The notes: generated by a model from the sequence alone, not told the origin. Positions 26,419 through 39,938 are shown, counted from the whole stretch's first letter. The stretch is DNA of 61,998 nucleotides, filler included, from Pirum gemmata (GCA_002812295.1; 20 parts of 20 records of this genome joined end to end with filler, not necessarily neighbours in it), one strand, 5' to 3'. Made by a program: numbers and translations.

Positions 26419-27481
26419 TTTTTTTATTATTATTGCTAACTTATTTTTTATTATGAAGAATATTACAACATGAAATTTACGAAATATATATTTATTTTCA
26501 CAATGACATTGTAAATATATATATTTTTTTTACATTTTTTTTTTTTATTTATACATATTTTGGGCCACTCCAGGCTGAAAGGCTGGTTAGCACATTTGGG
26601 TGTCCCTCCAGTGGAGACCGGATCTAGCACCCCTTCTGTCGATGTGAATAGTACAAATTGGTTGTTAGAAGGTATTGTGACATCATTTAAATCGTTCGGT
26701 CGTATTTCNNNNNNNNNNNNNNNNNNNNNNNNNNNNNNNNNNNNNNNNNNNNTTAATTAATTAANNNNNNNNNNNNNNNNNNNNNNNNNNNNNNNNNNNN
26801 NNNNNNNNGTTATTAGTTATTAGTTATTAGTTATTAGTTATTAGTTATTATAATTAGATATTAATGTTATTAGTTGTTAATATAACAGTTATTATAATTA
26901 TAATTATTACTTTTGTTTATTATTAATTAAGTGTCAGTTATAACTATTATTAGTTATTAGCACCATACTTTATTAGCTAATATTAAAAATAAAGCATGTT
27001 AATTTAATATCACGTGATCAAGCTTTCTTTTCCAGTTAAAAAGTTTAATTAATATTAATTTAATAATATAGTAATCCTAACCCATACGTAATATTGTTAC
27101 TATAAGATTATGGCAACGAGAGAAATAATTTCATCCACTAAAACTCGTTATAATATTATATTAAAATTCCTTATTTATAATTGTAAACTATTATATTATA
27201 CTATTATTGCTATTGTTAAATATAGACTTTATTTGTAAACTAATGTTATTTCTATTTGTCATAGACTTATCAAAGTTTTACTTTTTTTTAATAAAAAAGA
27301 CTTAAAGTACAACTAAGTCTTCTTAGTAAAGTTTCTATTTGCAATAAGATCATTAAAAGTATAATATTAATTTACTAAAGACCACGAAATATTGTCTACA
27401 AACAATAAACAGGAATAAGATGATTAATTACAAGTACCAATTTACCAATAAACGATATTTTAATACTTTCCATTACTTCTC

Positions 27482-29489
27482 TTAACAACAAAGTAGACCG
27501 TCATCTAATTTGTTAATTGGTTTATAACAAGATTTGTTGATTTTACATTGTTTTGGAATTTGGCATTTTTTCTCAATGTTACATTGCTTTGGTGCATCAC
27601 ATTGTTTTGGCGCATCACATTGTTTTTCAACTAGACATTCCTTGGCAACATTGCAAGACTTAGCCGATTTGCCACTAAACCAACCAGAGAACCAACTCCA
27701 ACCACATTTTAAGCCATTTGTTATCGTTTTATACCCACATACAGCTCCATTAGAAACTTTTGTAAAACCGCATTTCGCTCCATTAGTAATTTTTGTCAAT
27801 CCACATTTGCTAGCACTAGTAACTTTTTCATAACCGCATTTAGCCCCATCGGCAATAAAATCGTATCCACACTCAACTCCACTTGTGATCCAATCTACCC
27901 CGCATTTGCCAGCATCTTTAACCGTTTCAAGCCCGCACAGTGCATTATCTTCTATCCATTGTAATTGACAACTTTGAGTACAAATTTTGTCTTGTCCACA
28001 TCTACAAATCTTTTTTTGTTCATCAGGTAAAATTTTATCCAACCCTAAAACACCAGAACAAATGTAACCATCTTGAGGTTTACATTTTTGACAACTTATA
28101 TCAGCACCAAAGAGATCATCAAATATCATACCACTTAGCTTTCCAGGAATACACCATTTGTTAGTGTCAGCAAGAACTCCATTGATACTAGGAGCATTTT
28201 TCACAATAGGAAATGTTCTCATACCCAAGACATTAGGATAATGAAACATAGCTTGCTTAAGCTCACGACCATGGTTACAAACATTATCAAGCTCAATTTG
28301 ATTAACAAATTGGCCCATTTTCTTTGCCTTGTACAATTCTACAATACCAGCATTAATTTCGTTCGTTTCTTCTTGGGTAATCAAATCTTCACCAACAAAA
28401 GTCAATGATTGACCAGCTTGTGTTAGGTATTCGTGCCATTTCTTTTGCGATTGTGCTTGCCAATGTGCTTGTATATAATACATAGCATTAGTTGTTGGAC
28501 CTTCTTGTGTTTCTTTTTGAATGTAAGGATACATTTTCGCATGAGGATGATCTTTATACATATCAAAAATATCCCTGTTAATTTCTTTATCGTAATTGGT
28601 TTTTTGACACACATTAAAATCCACAAAAATGGCTCCTAAAGCATTTGCTGTAGTTATTTTGCTATTGTCAAGAAACCATTCATACGTATTGTGCATTATA
28701 CCACAACTAGCTGTATTCCAAACGTAATGTTCAACCCCAAGGGCAACTAATTTATCCCTGAGCTCAGTCTTTAGTTGTGCATTACCCCCGTTGTCTAAAT
28801 TATTGGCTTTGATTTTTAAATAAACCAACTCCTTTGGATTTTTATTGGCCCAATCTATTATGTCTTTAATTCCTTCCTCGAAATCGAGTGGGATTTCAAC
28901 ACTACCATGCTCGTATAAGTATTTGCCGTTTCTTTTTCTTACTCTCAAATCTAATAACATTAATACAACAATATGAATTAGAGAATAGTGTGGTAATAAT
29001 AATAATAATAATATATATCGATATTGATATTGATAATTTATGTAGAAATAAAATATACAGTAATATATCACCAACGTACAGCAAAATAATACGAAAAATA
29101 AGAACTAACCCTAACCCTAACCCTAACCCTAACCCTAACCCTAAGAACTAAACACTAAACATTAAATTACCAAGGGCTGTAGCTCCACAGTTCAAAAGAT
29201 CCGACAGTTTTTTTCCTGCACTTTTCTGAGTGTGAATCATAGTATTTATATGATTAAAAGTTCCTCCCATCTTATCGATACCAAAATATTTGAATTGTTC
29301 ATAAACAGTAGCAGCATCATGAGCCATTACCATAGGATATTCGTTTAAGGGGACATCCTTGACGAGATTCAGAAAATCATCACCCACAGGGTTATTAGTT
29401 TTAGTAAAGTCATGATCGATCGGGTCAGAAACAGCGCAAACTCCAAGGCTAGCTGTTCCCAATACAAAAACTGTTGTAAAAAAATTCAT
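27482..29489 (-). CDS. Secreted PI-PLC X-domain-like phosphodiesterase with C-terminal Cys-repeat extension, 2 exons, ~595 aa
   Basis: Exons 29489-29171 and 28950-27482 join in frame (GATAL|DLR) through a GT-AG intron. Signal peptide; PLNEYPMVMAHDA (first catalytic His), TQ...L..G...DLR, and YEHG (second His). C-terminal 11-mer and 6-mer Cys repeats. Confidence 0.88.
29105..29144 (-). repeat. (TTAGGG)n tract inside the PI-PLC-like gene intron
   Basis: About 6 perfect CCCTAA units on the plus strand, within intron 28951-29170. Confidence 0.92.
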
Positions 29490-29756
29490 TCTTATGTTAT
29501 ATATTATATATATTTTAGTTCTTTTTTCATAAAAAAAAGTTTGTTAACAAATTTTAAAAAAAGTGTATACAAATAGCTTGCTATATATATTGCATTTTTT
29601 TTGTCTGTGGTTTTTAGCTCTTTGCTCTTTTATTATTATTATTATTATTATTATTANNNNNNNNNNNNNNNNNNNNNNNNNNNNNNNNNNNNNNNNNNNN
29701 TTAATTAATTAANNNNNNNNNNNNNNNNNNNNNNNNNNNNNNNNNNNNNNNNNNNN

Positions 29757-29920
29757 ATTATTATTAAAATTATTAAAAATTATTAAAAAATTATTAAAAA
29801 TTATTAAAATTATTAAAAATTATTAAAATTATTAAAATTATTAAAATTATTAAAATTGTTAAAAAATTATTAAAATTATTAAAATTATTAAAATTATTAA
29901 AATTATTAAAATTATTAAAA
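29757..29920. repeat. (AAAATTATT)n minisatellite
   Basis: Directly visible 9-10-bp tandem units. Confidence 0.9.
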
Positions 29921-30024
29921 CAATTTTATTTTTATGGAGCAGATTTATTGCTTTTTATTGTTGTGTTTCCTTTTAGTTTTGCTTATTAATTTACTAACAT
30001 TTTGCCATTGTGTATATTGTATAG

Positions 30025-31637
30025 GAAAACCTTTATCAATGAAATGTGGAGTTGATGGTTGGGAAGTTCAGAGTATGTTTGATTGTAAATATACTACTAG
30101 TTCAAAAGTTAAATTTTGTTCACCAGAAAATGCTTGTGAATTCAATTATTTTAACAATACCTTTAGTCAGTCGAAACATCATTGCTTAAAAAAAACAGAG
30201 TTACTTGGTAATCCCGATACGTATCTTTCAACCGTTGAATTTCCTTGTAACAATCATGCAGAATCTCAACCTTCCCAAAAAGGGAATACCAGTATAATTT
30301 GTAAAGAAAATGGCTGGACGATCGAAAATGAAGTTGATTGTCAGCCTACCCCATTATCACTAATTGGACAATGCAAAGATGTATTTTTGTGCGAAAAGGA
30401 AAAGGAGAATGGCTATACAAAACTTACTCCAAATGAATGTCAAAACTCAATTAAAGGTTATAATGAAACGAGAATACATACGTTTGGCACTTCTTTTTAT
30501 TTAAATTATTCTTGTACCAACTATGCCCAACGATTATATTCCGAAGAGAGAGTTACAGCGACTTGTAAAGAGAATGGTTGGAATTTTGAATTTCCTCAAG
30601 ACTGTTTCCCAACTAAAGATACAGTGATTCCTTTGTGCAATAGTGAAAAAATTTGTGATAATCATGAATATAGTCTAATCCGTCCGCTTTTATTTCGGCC
30701 GGATGATGTTCATAATCCAGAGTTTGAAGTAATGGGTTATCCAAAAAAGAAGGAATGTTATGATATATTATCAAATAACAAGAGCCATACATATCTTGCT
30801 ACTTACAATTTCTCGTGCAATGGGAAAACCCATGAAGAACACGATCCAACTTTTTTCGTCGTTCAATGTAAGGAAAAAGGATGGGAGGTATTGAAAGACA
30901 GGGACTGCTACGTGTCTCCAAAAACTCTTGTGGAGAAATGTACCGCTGAAAAAGCTTGTAACAAGGAATTGTTTGATGGGGTATACACGGTAGAGCATAA
31001 AATGTCCAATGTAAACGATTGTTATCGTATTTTTCAAGATTATGTTGAAAGTAAATCACAACCTCTTCTATGGGGTTCACGTATTGAAATTCCATGTGCA
31101 CCCTGGAGCTCTCGTTCTCGATCAGCAGTGCTTTCTTGTGATTTGATAAATGACTTCGTTTCAGATGATGGTAGATGGATTGTAAACCAAGGCTTTTGTG
31201 ATCCCGGGTGTATCACTACTGTCTTTCCTAATGATAATATACTGTCAAACTCTACTTGTCAAAATGGCACCATCGATGCATTCGATCGATGCGAACTTAA
31301 GTGTAAACCTGGATATCATCCAGTAGACTTCACCTGTGGATATGAACAACTTCATAGCCTAAGCCATACCATCTACCCAACATGTGTAAAAAATGACGAT
31401 AATTTATCTGTTGCTGCCGTGTCAGCAATAACAATCGGTTCTGTAATGTTGATTTTGACCCTCGGTGGAATCTATTTCTTTCGAAAAAAAATATTTAGGT
31501 TTTATAATCTTACACAGGAGATAGATAATGAACAACTTAATAGACCAACAATATCAAACACCAGTATCACTGAAGATGAAAAAGCTTGCTTGTTGAGTAA
31601 TAGTGCTGCATCTGGGGGTTACGATTCCACCAAGTAA
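30025..31637 (+). CDS. Last large exon of a Cys-rich type I membrane protein with Sushi/CCP-like repeats (5' exons missing)
   Basis: Probable acceptor ATAG at 30021-30024 with branch-like CTAAC upstream. Four ~85-110-aa repeats with C..(N/D/K)GW......DC, a CELKCKPGY module, a TM helix AITIGSVMLILTLGGIYFF followed by RKK, and a short cytosolic tail. Confidence 0.82.
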
Positions 31638-31677
31638 TAGCTATATACAGCTGATACAAAGTTCTGTTTTTGAAATT

Positions 31678-31710
<33 letters not shown>

Positions 31711-31711
31711 N

Positions 31712-32646
31712 ACTAGCAATCACAATCCCCCAAGCAATCACACAAAAAAAAGACTTGTTAATAATAAATTATTATCGAGCCCCCACAACAAAAATCAACA
31801 CCTCTCTGCTTACCGAAATAGGAACGAAAACAAATGTACAAACTTTGATACTAGGAGACCTGAATAGCCACCACCCGACCTGGAGAAGTGAAAAAAAAAA
31901 TAAAGCAGGAGAAGAAATAAACAAATTTATAATTGACTACAATATGCATTTAGCCAATTCAACTGAACACACCTACTTTACTACAAGAAAGGGTACACCT
32001 TATTCAGCTCTCCTAGACCTAGCCATTTTTAGCTCCACCCTGATAACCAAATTGGCCAATTTTAACCTTATAAACGAATGCACGAGTGACCATATAGCCC
32101 AACTTCTCCAACTCCAAACAAGACTTAATATTCCCAGCGAACCCAAAGAACTCAAAATTAAAAGAATCATCTGGGACACCTTTCACCGCCAACTAGAAAA
32201 CTACAAACAACTGCGAGCCATTGAATCCAACCGCCAANTTTTAAATGATACTGCTATCATTACCATTACAATAACTACAATTACAGTTATTGTGAGTACC
32301 GTTTCTACAAATAAAAGTTAAACAATCACAAAAAACAATACACACTTCCACACTATATTCTAACCCAAATCAAAACAACAAGAAAAACCAGAAAACTATA
32401 TCAAAAAACTAGGGACCCAACAACCAAAAAAATATTCAAACAACAACAACGACAAATAACAAAGGACATTCAAGACTTCAAACAAGCTCAATGGAACCAC
32501 CAGTGTCACCAACTTAATCTTATGCAACCATCTGATGCCAGCTTATGGAAAAAACTCAACCAACTACAACAAATCAATACCACCACCATAACTAACTACA
32601 CCTTAAAACAGGACAACAATCTAATTACACCTCCCCAAGAAATAAC
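31712..32646 (+). mobile_element. Non-LTR retrotransposon (LINE) ORF2 fragment: AP endonuclease and linker, disrupted
   Basis: Motifs NPP, LILGDLNSHHPTW, N.AG, TY, LLDLAI and TSDH of the APE domain. A/C-rich LINE-like composition with frameshifts. Confidence 0.88.
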
Positions 32647-32769
32647 NNNNNNNNNNNNNNNNNNNNNNNNNNNNNNNNNNNNNNNNNNNNTTAATTAATT
32701 AANNNNNNNNNNNNNNNNNNNNNNNNNNNNNNNNNNNNNNNNNNNNTTTTTTTTTTTTTTTTTTTACCG

Positions 32770-35487
32770 TTAACTGCTCACTAAAGTCGATCTTTTGCTC
32801 TCAAACTCCGATGCCTTACCTTCTGGAAAAACCTTCGTTAATATATCAGCCGGCATTTGCTTCGTTCCTAACCAGTTTAACTTCAAGTACTTCTGATCAA
32901 CCAATTCTCTAACCATATGAAACTTACGATCAATATGCCTCATTCTTTTATTCGAGCTAAAATCATCTGCTAAACGATAACAAGCTTGATTATCAGTATA
33001 CAAATTCCGAGCAATCACATTCATATTTAACTCTTCTAACACATTATTCAAATACTGCATACCTTTACAAGCTTCGTTCAAAACATAATATTCTGCCCCA
33101 GTACTGCTATCACAAATAAATGATTGCAAATTACTACCCCACATGGTTGTACAATCATTAACCTTAACAACTACACCACTGCGACTCCTTGAGTCATACG
33201 GACTGGACATAAAACTTGAGTCACCATACGAGTCAATTATAAATTCATTCTTTCCATCCCCCCACGGAATAACAATGCCAAGGTCTTTCGTATCCCTCAG
33301 GTATGTTATCATTTGTTTTCCTAACTTAAAATGGGCATTCGTAGGTTTATGATTATACGTACTCAACATACCCTGGCCAGCAGCCATGTCTGGTCTACAC
33401 ATGCTTGTTATAAACCCTGTTTGACCAAGCAGCCTCTGATATACAGTATAGTTTACGAGTAATTCACCATCTACATCATACGGTGAAACTTTAAGAGGCA
33501 CTCTCTGACCTTTTACCTTCCCCAACTCATATTCATTAACCAACCTATCAATTTTTCCTGGCATATTAAGTAAAATCGACTTATCATCTCTTCTAGTTAC
33601 TTTTAAACCTACCATAGTATCTGGAAACTTCGCAAATTTTACTTTTAGTTTCATTTCTAATTCATTGACAAATTTATTTTTTGTACTCTCATTTTCAAAT
33701 ATACCGTGGAAATCATCTACATGTAAACCAACAATAGCCCCATCTCGATAAAATAAACATGGATTACTTAAACATCTTTTAGAATTCATACCAATCAATA
33801 CCTTCACACATAAGTTATAAAATAGTAAAGCAGATTGCTTCGTCCCATACACACCCTTTTTTAGTCTTAAACATTGCTTACTATTGACATTGATTCCAAT
33901 TAACCATAACATTGGGAAAGGCCTCACATAGATATCACGGTCAATATCTGATGATAAAAACGCACCAACGATATCACAAGCAGTAATGATCCAGTTTAAT
34001 TTCTGAGCTATTATAAATAACAACAAAGTCACTTCTTTTCCTAACACTGGTGACGACACCTTATCAAAATCAACACCTGGCACCTGAAAATTACCTCCAA
34101 CACACCCTCTTGCTTTCCTTTCTATTGGTTTACCATCACCATTTCTTTTCACATCTAGAATAAGGTGGGTAGGCATTATTTCTCGGTCTTGTGGCTTCTC
34201 ACAAATTTCACAGCACTCATAATCTATCATCAAACTTATTAATTCCTTTTCTATTGCATTGTACCACTCAGCCTTATCAACACAATTTTTAACCTGATAT
34301 ACATTTTTTGGCAATGAATAGCCATTCCCACAATCTATTATACTTACCTTTTTATTAACGCCTTCGCTATTATTAATATAACAATTGCTAGTATAACTAT
34401 TACCATAGACATCATTCACCATAAAAGAATTGCTTTCATCCTTCAGCTTTTCGTAGTAATACCAGTCTCCAGTTACTGATTGAACATATTCTTTACTTTT
34501 ATCATCTGTTATATATTCAAAGTTCGGGTGATTAATATTATATTTACTTAGTAATGATTCTCCTCCTACTTCCTGAAAGGCCATTCTCACGTCTCCATAT
34601 AATTCATTATTGATTATATCGTCATCACTAATTACATTAAAATCCCTACTTATTATTACCACCTTTGTTTCTATTGAATAAATACGATAAGTATCACCAA
34701 TTATACTGTTCGCAGGTAACAACAATATACCTGGTCTACTTTTAATTCTTTTTTGCTTTGTTTTGAAGTGGTACATACACTTCGCTCCCCAAGGATACTT
34801 CAGCGTGCTAAAGTCAAAATGTTTGTTATGTAACATTTTGTATGGTATTTTTCCATCAGTTGTTACACTCACATTTACTAAAACCATCGCCGATTCATAA
34901 GCATATCTCCAAAATAACTTAAAGCTTAACCCACTATCAGCTAGCAAAGCCAAGGCAACTTCATGCAATAAACCATTCCCCCTCTCAACTAAACCACGCC
35001 ACCCCTCAAGGTATGGAGGTGTAAATTTGTGTTCAATATGCATGTTTCTGTGTAGCTCCCTAACCTCCTCACAATCAAATTCCCCACCCATATCACTTAA
35101 AATTTCATTAATTTTTATACCTCTGTCAAAAAATTGTTGATATATTTCAAATAAACCTATACTACATTCATTTTTTCTTTTTAAAAACTTAATAAAGCCA
35201 TACCTAGAAAATCTATCCTTAACTCTATAACCCTCCGAATCTTCCGGAAATGGACCACACAAGTCACCTGTGATCATTTCCCCTACTCTACTACACAATA
35301 TTTTTTTACTCCTCTTTCTTCTCACAGTCTTCTTCCTTATTTTTGCCCACTTACATATATTACATTCAATTTTTCTATTTGACCAATTCTTCGTAATTTC
35401 ACTATCTAGCACTAATTTCATTCTTCTTATGCTTAAATGTCCTAATATACGATGGTAATACATAATATTTCTTTCCGTTCTTCTCAA
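32770..35487 (-). mobile_element. pol: Ty1/copia LTR retrotransposon pol (integrase-RT-RNase H), 905-aa open frame
   Basis: HHCC (YHRILGH..CNIC); integrase GDLCGP/SDMGGEF/GLVER; RT KAR.CVGG, CDIVGAFL, LKKGVYGTKQS, HVDD; RNase H YGDSSF, AEY, TDNQAC, RHID, ADILTK. INT-RT-RH order defines copia. Confidence 0.97.
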
Positions 35488-35714
35488 TTTATCATAGTAT
35501 TTAAATTTTTCATCTTCATTATTATTGTTCTTATAACTATTATTATTATTATTATTATTATTCTCATTATTATTATTATTATTATTGTTGTTATTATTAT
35601 CATTATTATTATTANNNNNNNNNNNNNNNNNNNNNNNNNNNNNNNNNNNNNNNNNNNNTTAATTAATTAANNNNNNNNNNNNNNNNNNNNNNNNNNNNNN
35701 NNNNNNNNNNNNNN

Positions 35715-36590
35715 CATTCTCTAGCTACTAGCTAGCTAGCTAGCTAGATCAGCTAATACAAGGACTTCAAGAATCAAGACTACTTCAACGTTCTTTTTTT
35801 GAAGTCCTTGGCTAATATCATAGTCTACTCGAAAAATCTTGACCTCTCTTATCATAGACCCTAACTAAGTGATTCATAGCCTCCCCAGCCAGCTAGCTAG
35901 CTAGCTAGTAGTAGTCTCCCCTACTGCTAAGCTCTACTAGCTAGCTAGCTAGCTATGAGTAACTACTCTACTAGCTAGCTAGCTAGAGTAGCTAGCTAGA
36001 CTATCCTGACTATCATAGTATACCTCTAAAACACAGTACACTACTACTCTAGCTAGCTAGCTAGTAGCCTCTAACTCAGAGCAATCTAGCTAGCTATCCG
36101 ATAGCTGGCTACTACTAGTCTAGCTATGATATGATAGCTAACTACTATATGATAGCTAGACCCGGGTCTAGCTAGCTAGCTAGGTTAGTTCTACCTCTCT
36201 CTAGCTAGCTATGATAGCTAGTTAGCTCTCTCTAGCTATGCATAGCTATTTTTTAATTAAAAAATTGAAAACCCTAAAACCCTTTACTACCCGGTAGTCT
36301 AGCTATGCATAGTAGAGCTAGCTAGCTAGCTAGCTAGCTAGAGTAGCTAGATGGCTACTGTTAGCTACTAGTAGCTATAGTAGCTAGAAATATGATAAAT
36401 GTTAATATCACGTGACGTCCACGTTTTGTTTTTTTATATATCATATATGAATATCAGATACTAGTCTATGATACCTAACATATGATAAGTTGATAACTAG
36501 TCTAGTAGCTAGCTAGCTATCGATAGCCATTGAGTAGCTCTAGCTAGCTAGACTATGCTAGCTAGCTCTATGATACTACAATGATACTAC
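35715..36590. repeat. Degenerate (CTAG/TAGC)n low-complexity satellite
   Basis: Dense TAGCTAGCTAG runs. Similar fields at ~47640-48090, 54200-54430 and 60960-61690. Confidence 0.9.
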
Positions 36591-37287
36591 GAGAGAGATT
36601 TTTATAAAAAAATTGGGTTTTAGAAGGGTTAGGGTTAGGGTTTAGTTAGGGTTAGGGTTAGGGTTACTGGCAGCCAAGAGAGTATTGGGATATCGAGTTG
36701 ATACTTGATAGGTATGGATATCGATAGTGTGGTATAATAATAAACTACCCACAGTAAAAGTATAATAAACCACCTTAAATTGATGTAAGCTATAATAAAA
36801 TAATAATAATAAAAATAATAATAATAATAAAAATAAAAATAAAAATAATAATAATAATAATAATAATAAATAATAATAATAATAATAATATGGTAGTCAT
36901 GCCGAATTTCTCCATAACGAAAAACGAGGCATCCATTATAAATTACAAATAATAAAATAACAAAATAACAAAATAACAAAAAAAAAATAGTTAATCAAAA
37001 TACTAAATTAAAATCAAAGATCGAAAAATTGAAAATCGAAAAATTGACCATGAGAGCCAGGTTTCCCCGAAAGCTGAATATTTTTGGGTTTGTTGAAGTT
37101 TTGCATTGTTAAGGTTAAAAAACCGAACATTGCATTGGAGCTCGATAAATAAATACAGATTCGAAATTTTATATTTTTAAAGCTTCATAATTACAAAAAA
37201 GTTCGAAAATATTCAAAAATATTAAATTGTAAACGGGGGAGTTCTGTTCAGATTTTTGAACATGCAACTATCGAGGAGACCTAAACA

Positions 37288-37571
37288 TTACGGGTGGATG
37301 GGTGTGAAACTGTGTAATCCAAAAATACCATGTATAGTTTCAGGGGAATTCAAACCACTATCTTCACCACCACTACTAGCTAAATCAGAATTGGAATCTA
37401 CTTCCGTTCCTATATTTCCAGGGTCTTTATCCAAAACCGAATTTTTTGCAAATTCCAATATATATTTTATATACTTGACATGAGCTACATGCAACAACGG
37501 GTCATCTTGCAGTTCCTTTAAATAAAATATCAATCAGAAAACACTTATAATACAAGGTAATGAAAAGTGAA

Positions 37572-37618
<47 letters not shown>

Positions 37619-38270
37619 AATTTACATTATCTTGGTCTAGCTTGATGTCTAACACCTTTTTCAATTTTTTTTGAAGCAAGCTTGAGCTTGAACTCTCCAC
37701 TAAAAATATAAATAAAAATGAAATGAAATGAAATGAATATGAAATAAAAATGATAAAACTGTACTCGGTTAATAAAATCAAAATAAAAATAAAAAAAGCC
37801 TTGTTTAGTTTTATTTTTATTTATTACGACAACAGTGTATTGAGAAATATAAACTCAGCCGAATGTATACTATATTTTACATCATTATGATGTAGTATTG
37901 AATAATAGAACATAATGATGAATATATAGAAGGGTAATAGAAGAAGCGGAAGTGCTGGTACCGATATTAGGGGTGGCGGTTCGTGGTGGTAATAGTAGTA
38001 ATAGTGGAAGTTGTAAGAAGTAGTAAGAAGTAGTACCAGTACCAGGTGGTGGTGGTGGTGGTAGTTAGTACTAGTACTACTAATAATAGCAATAAAAATA
38101 ATAGCAGTAGTGGCATAGTAGTAGGTTTGAAGTAGTAAAGGTGGCAATGGTGGGGGTGGTGTACATTTATTTGGCTCTAGTAAAGTGGTGGCTGTTGTAT
38201 CTAACTTTTCTACTGAATCCATAATTTCCAGGAGACCTGGATTTTCGATCAAGACACTTTCAGTCGGCAT
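37288..38270 (-). CDS. Short 3-exon gene or pseudogene (~135 aa) containing a COG6 N-terminus-like exon
   Basis: Phase-compatible GT-AG exons 38270-38165, 37699-37626 and 37515-37288. Exon 2 LLQKKLKKVLDIKLDQDN|EL resembles COG6 LSRKLHKILETRLDNDKEM; similarity stops after that. Confidence 0.45.
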
Positions 38271-39893
38271 GATTCATTTTATACATAACAAAAAAGTTTA
38301 AGCTGATTAAACGGAAATAATTAAGTGTAGTTTTGATTCAGATTCTTTTCAGAATCATTAATAAATAGTAGTAATAATTAGGTATGTATTATTAGGAAGA
38401 ATTATGATAATGATAAAATTACTTGTTGTCAGGAGGGGCCAGTTTCTTTATGATAATGATTATGATAGTAAAAAATTTAATTAAGTCTCATTCTCTAGCT
38501 ACTAGCTAGCTAGCTAGCTAGATCAGCTAATACAAGGACTTCAAGAATCAAGACTACTTCAACGTTCTTTTTTTGAAGTCCTTGGCTAATATCATAGTCT
38601 ANNNNNNNNNNNNNNNNNNNNNNNNNNNNNNNNNNNNNNNNNNNNTTAATTAATTAANNNNNNNNNNNNNNNNNNNNNNNNNNNNNNNNNNNNNNNNNNN
38701 NAAAATAAAATTTTTTAAAAATTCTGTCTGCTATCATAACTAGCTAGGGGAGCTAGCTTAGTATCATAGTCTATGCATAGAAAATTCAGAAAAAAAAAAT
38801 CGATATCATATTATTATAAAATTTAGAACAAAAAAATCCCTGAAAAAAGCCTGAAAAAAAAAAAAAAAAAACTGCAGTGATACTATCATACTAATAAAAA
38901 AAAGCTACAAGAAAAAAACTACGATATCATAACAACATAAGTATGCCGTTATTCGAAAATTAATTCCCATTGTTACTACGTATATAATTATACTAGTACT
39001 GTTAACGTTATTATTATTATAATAATTATTATTATTATAATCATTATAAATAATTATCATCATTATCATTATAAATCATCATTAAAAAGATAAAGCTCCT
39101 TATCATCATTAAATTTTTGAACATTATATAATATAATATTGCCATTATGAATATCATTTCTATTATTACCGTCAAACAGAGAAAGTATCATGATGATGAT
39201 CGTTTTCATTACCATTTAATATTAATATTATTAATTGTTATAAATTATTATTAATATTATTATTATTATTATTATTATACTTTTTATCATAAATTATATT
39301 GAGGATACAGTTTATCATCATTATCCTTAGCCTTGACATTAAAATCATCAGGATACAATTTATCATCATTATCCTTAGCGTTGACATTAAAACCATCATT
39401 ACCATTACCATTACCATTATATTATTATCATTATTAGAAATATTATTGTCCATTTCAATATGCATATTAATTATAATTATCATCATTATTATCATTAGTT
39501 AAGGGTACAGCACATCCTTAGCATTAATACCTATCATTACCATTGTATTAACATTGTCGATGCTGTTATACTATTAGCAATTTTATCATCATATACATAA
39601 TAGTTAGGTATATATAATACAATAATATACTCATAATATCATTATTAGGGATGAACATTTTATTTATCTATTTCGTTTATGTGCTAAGCATGTATGTGTC
39701 TTTTTTTATAATATTTTTTTTTTAAGCTTCTACGTATATTAATACGAACTTTCGAAAATATGTAATTAATATTAAATAATAATAATAATAATAGTTATGA
39801 TAATAATAATAGCAATATCTACTAATTTTCGAAAATATTAAAATATTATGTTCGAATTATAAATAATATTAATAATAAGGATATAATAAATTC

Positions 39894-39938
<45 letters not shown>

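Noticed and set aside
28951..29074. N-terminus of the 530-aa minus-strand ORF
   Set aside because: Lies in the intron; splicing to exon 29489-29171 restores the PI-PLC GATALDLR motif.
29934..30024. Hydrophobic start of the 567-aa ORF read as a signal peptide
   Set aside because: T-rich sequence with a CTAAC branch-like site and AG acceptor at 30024; more likely an intron end read through in frame.
25072..31637. Apparent cluster of three Cys-rich secreted/surface genes (and a link to GPI8)
   Set aside because: Each gene is on a separate contig joined by artificial spacers, so physical linkage is unsupported.
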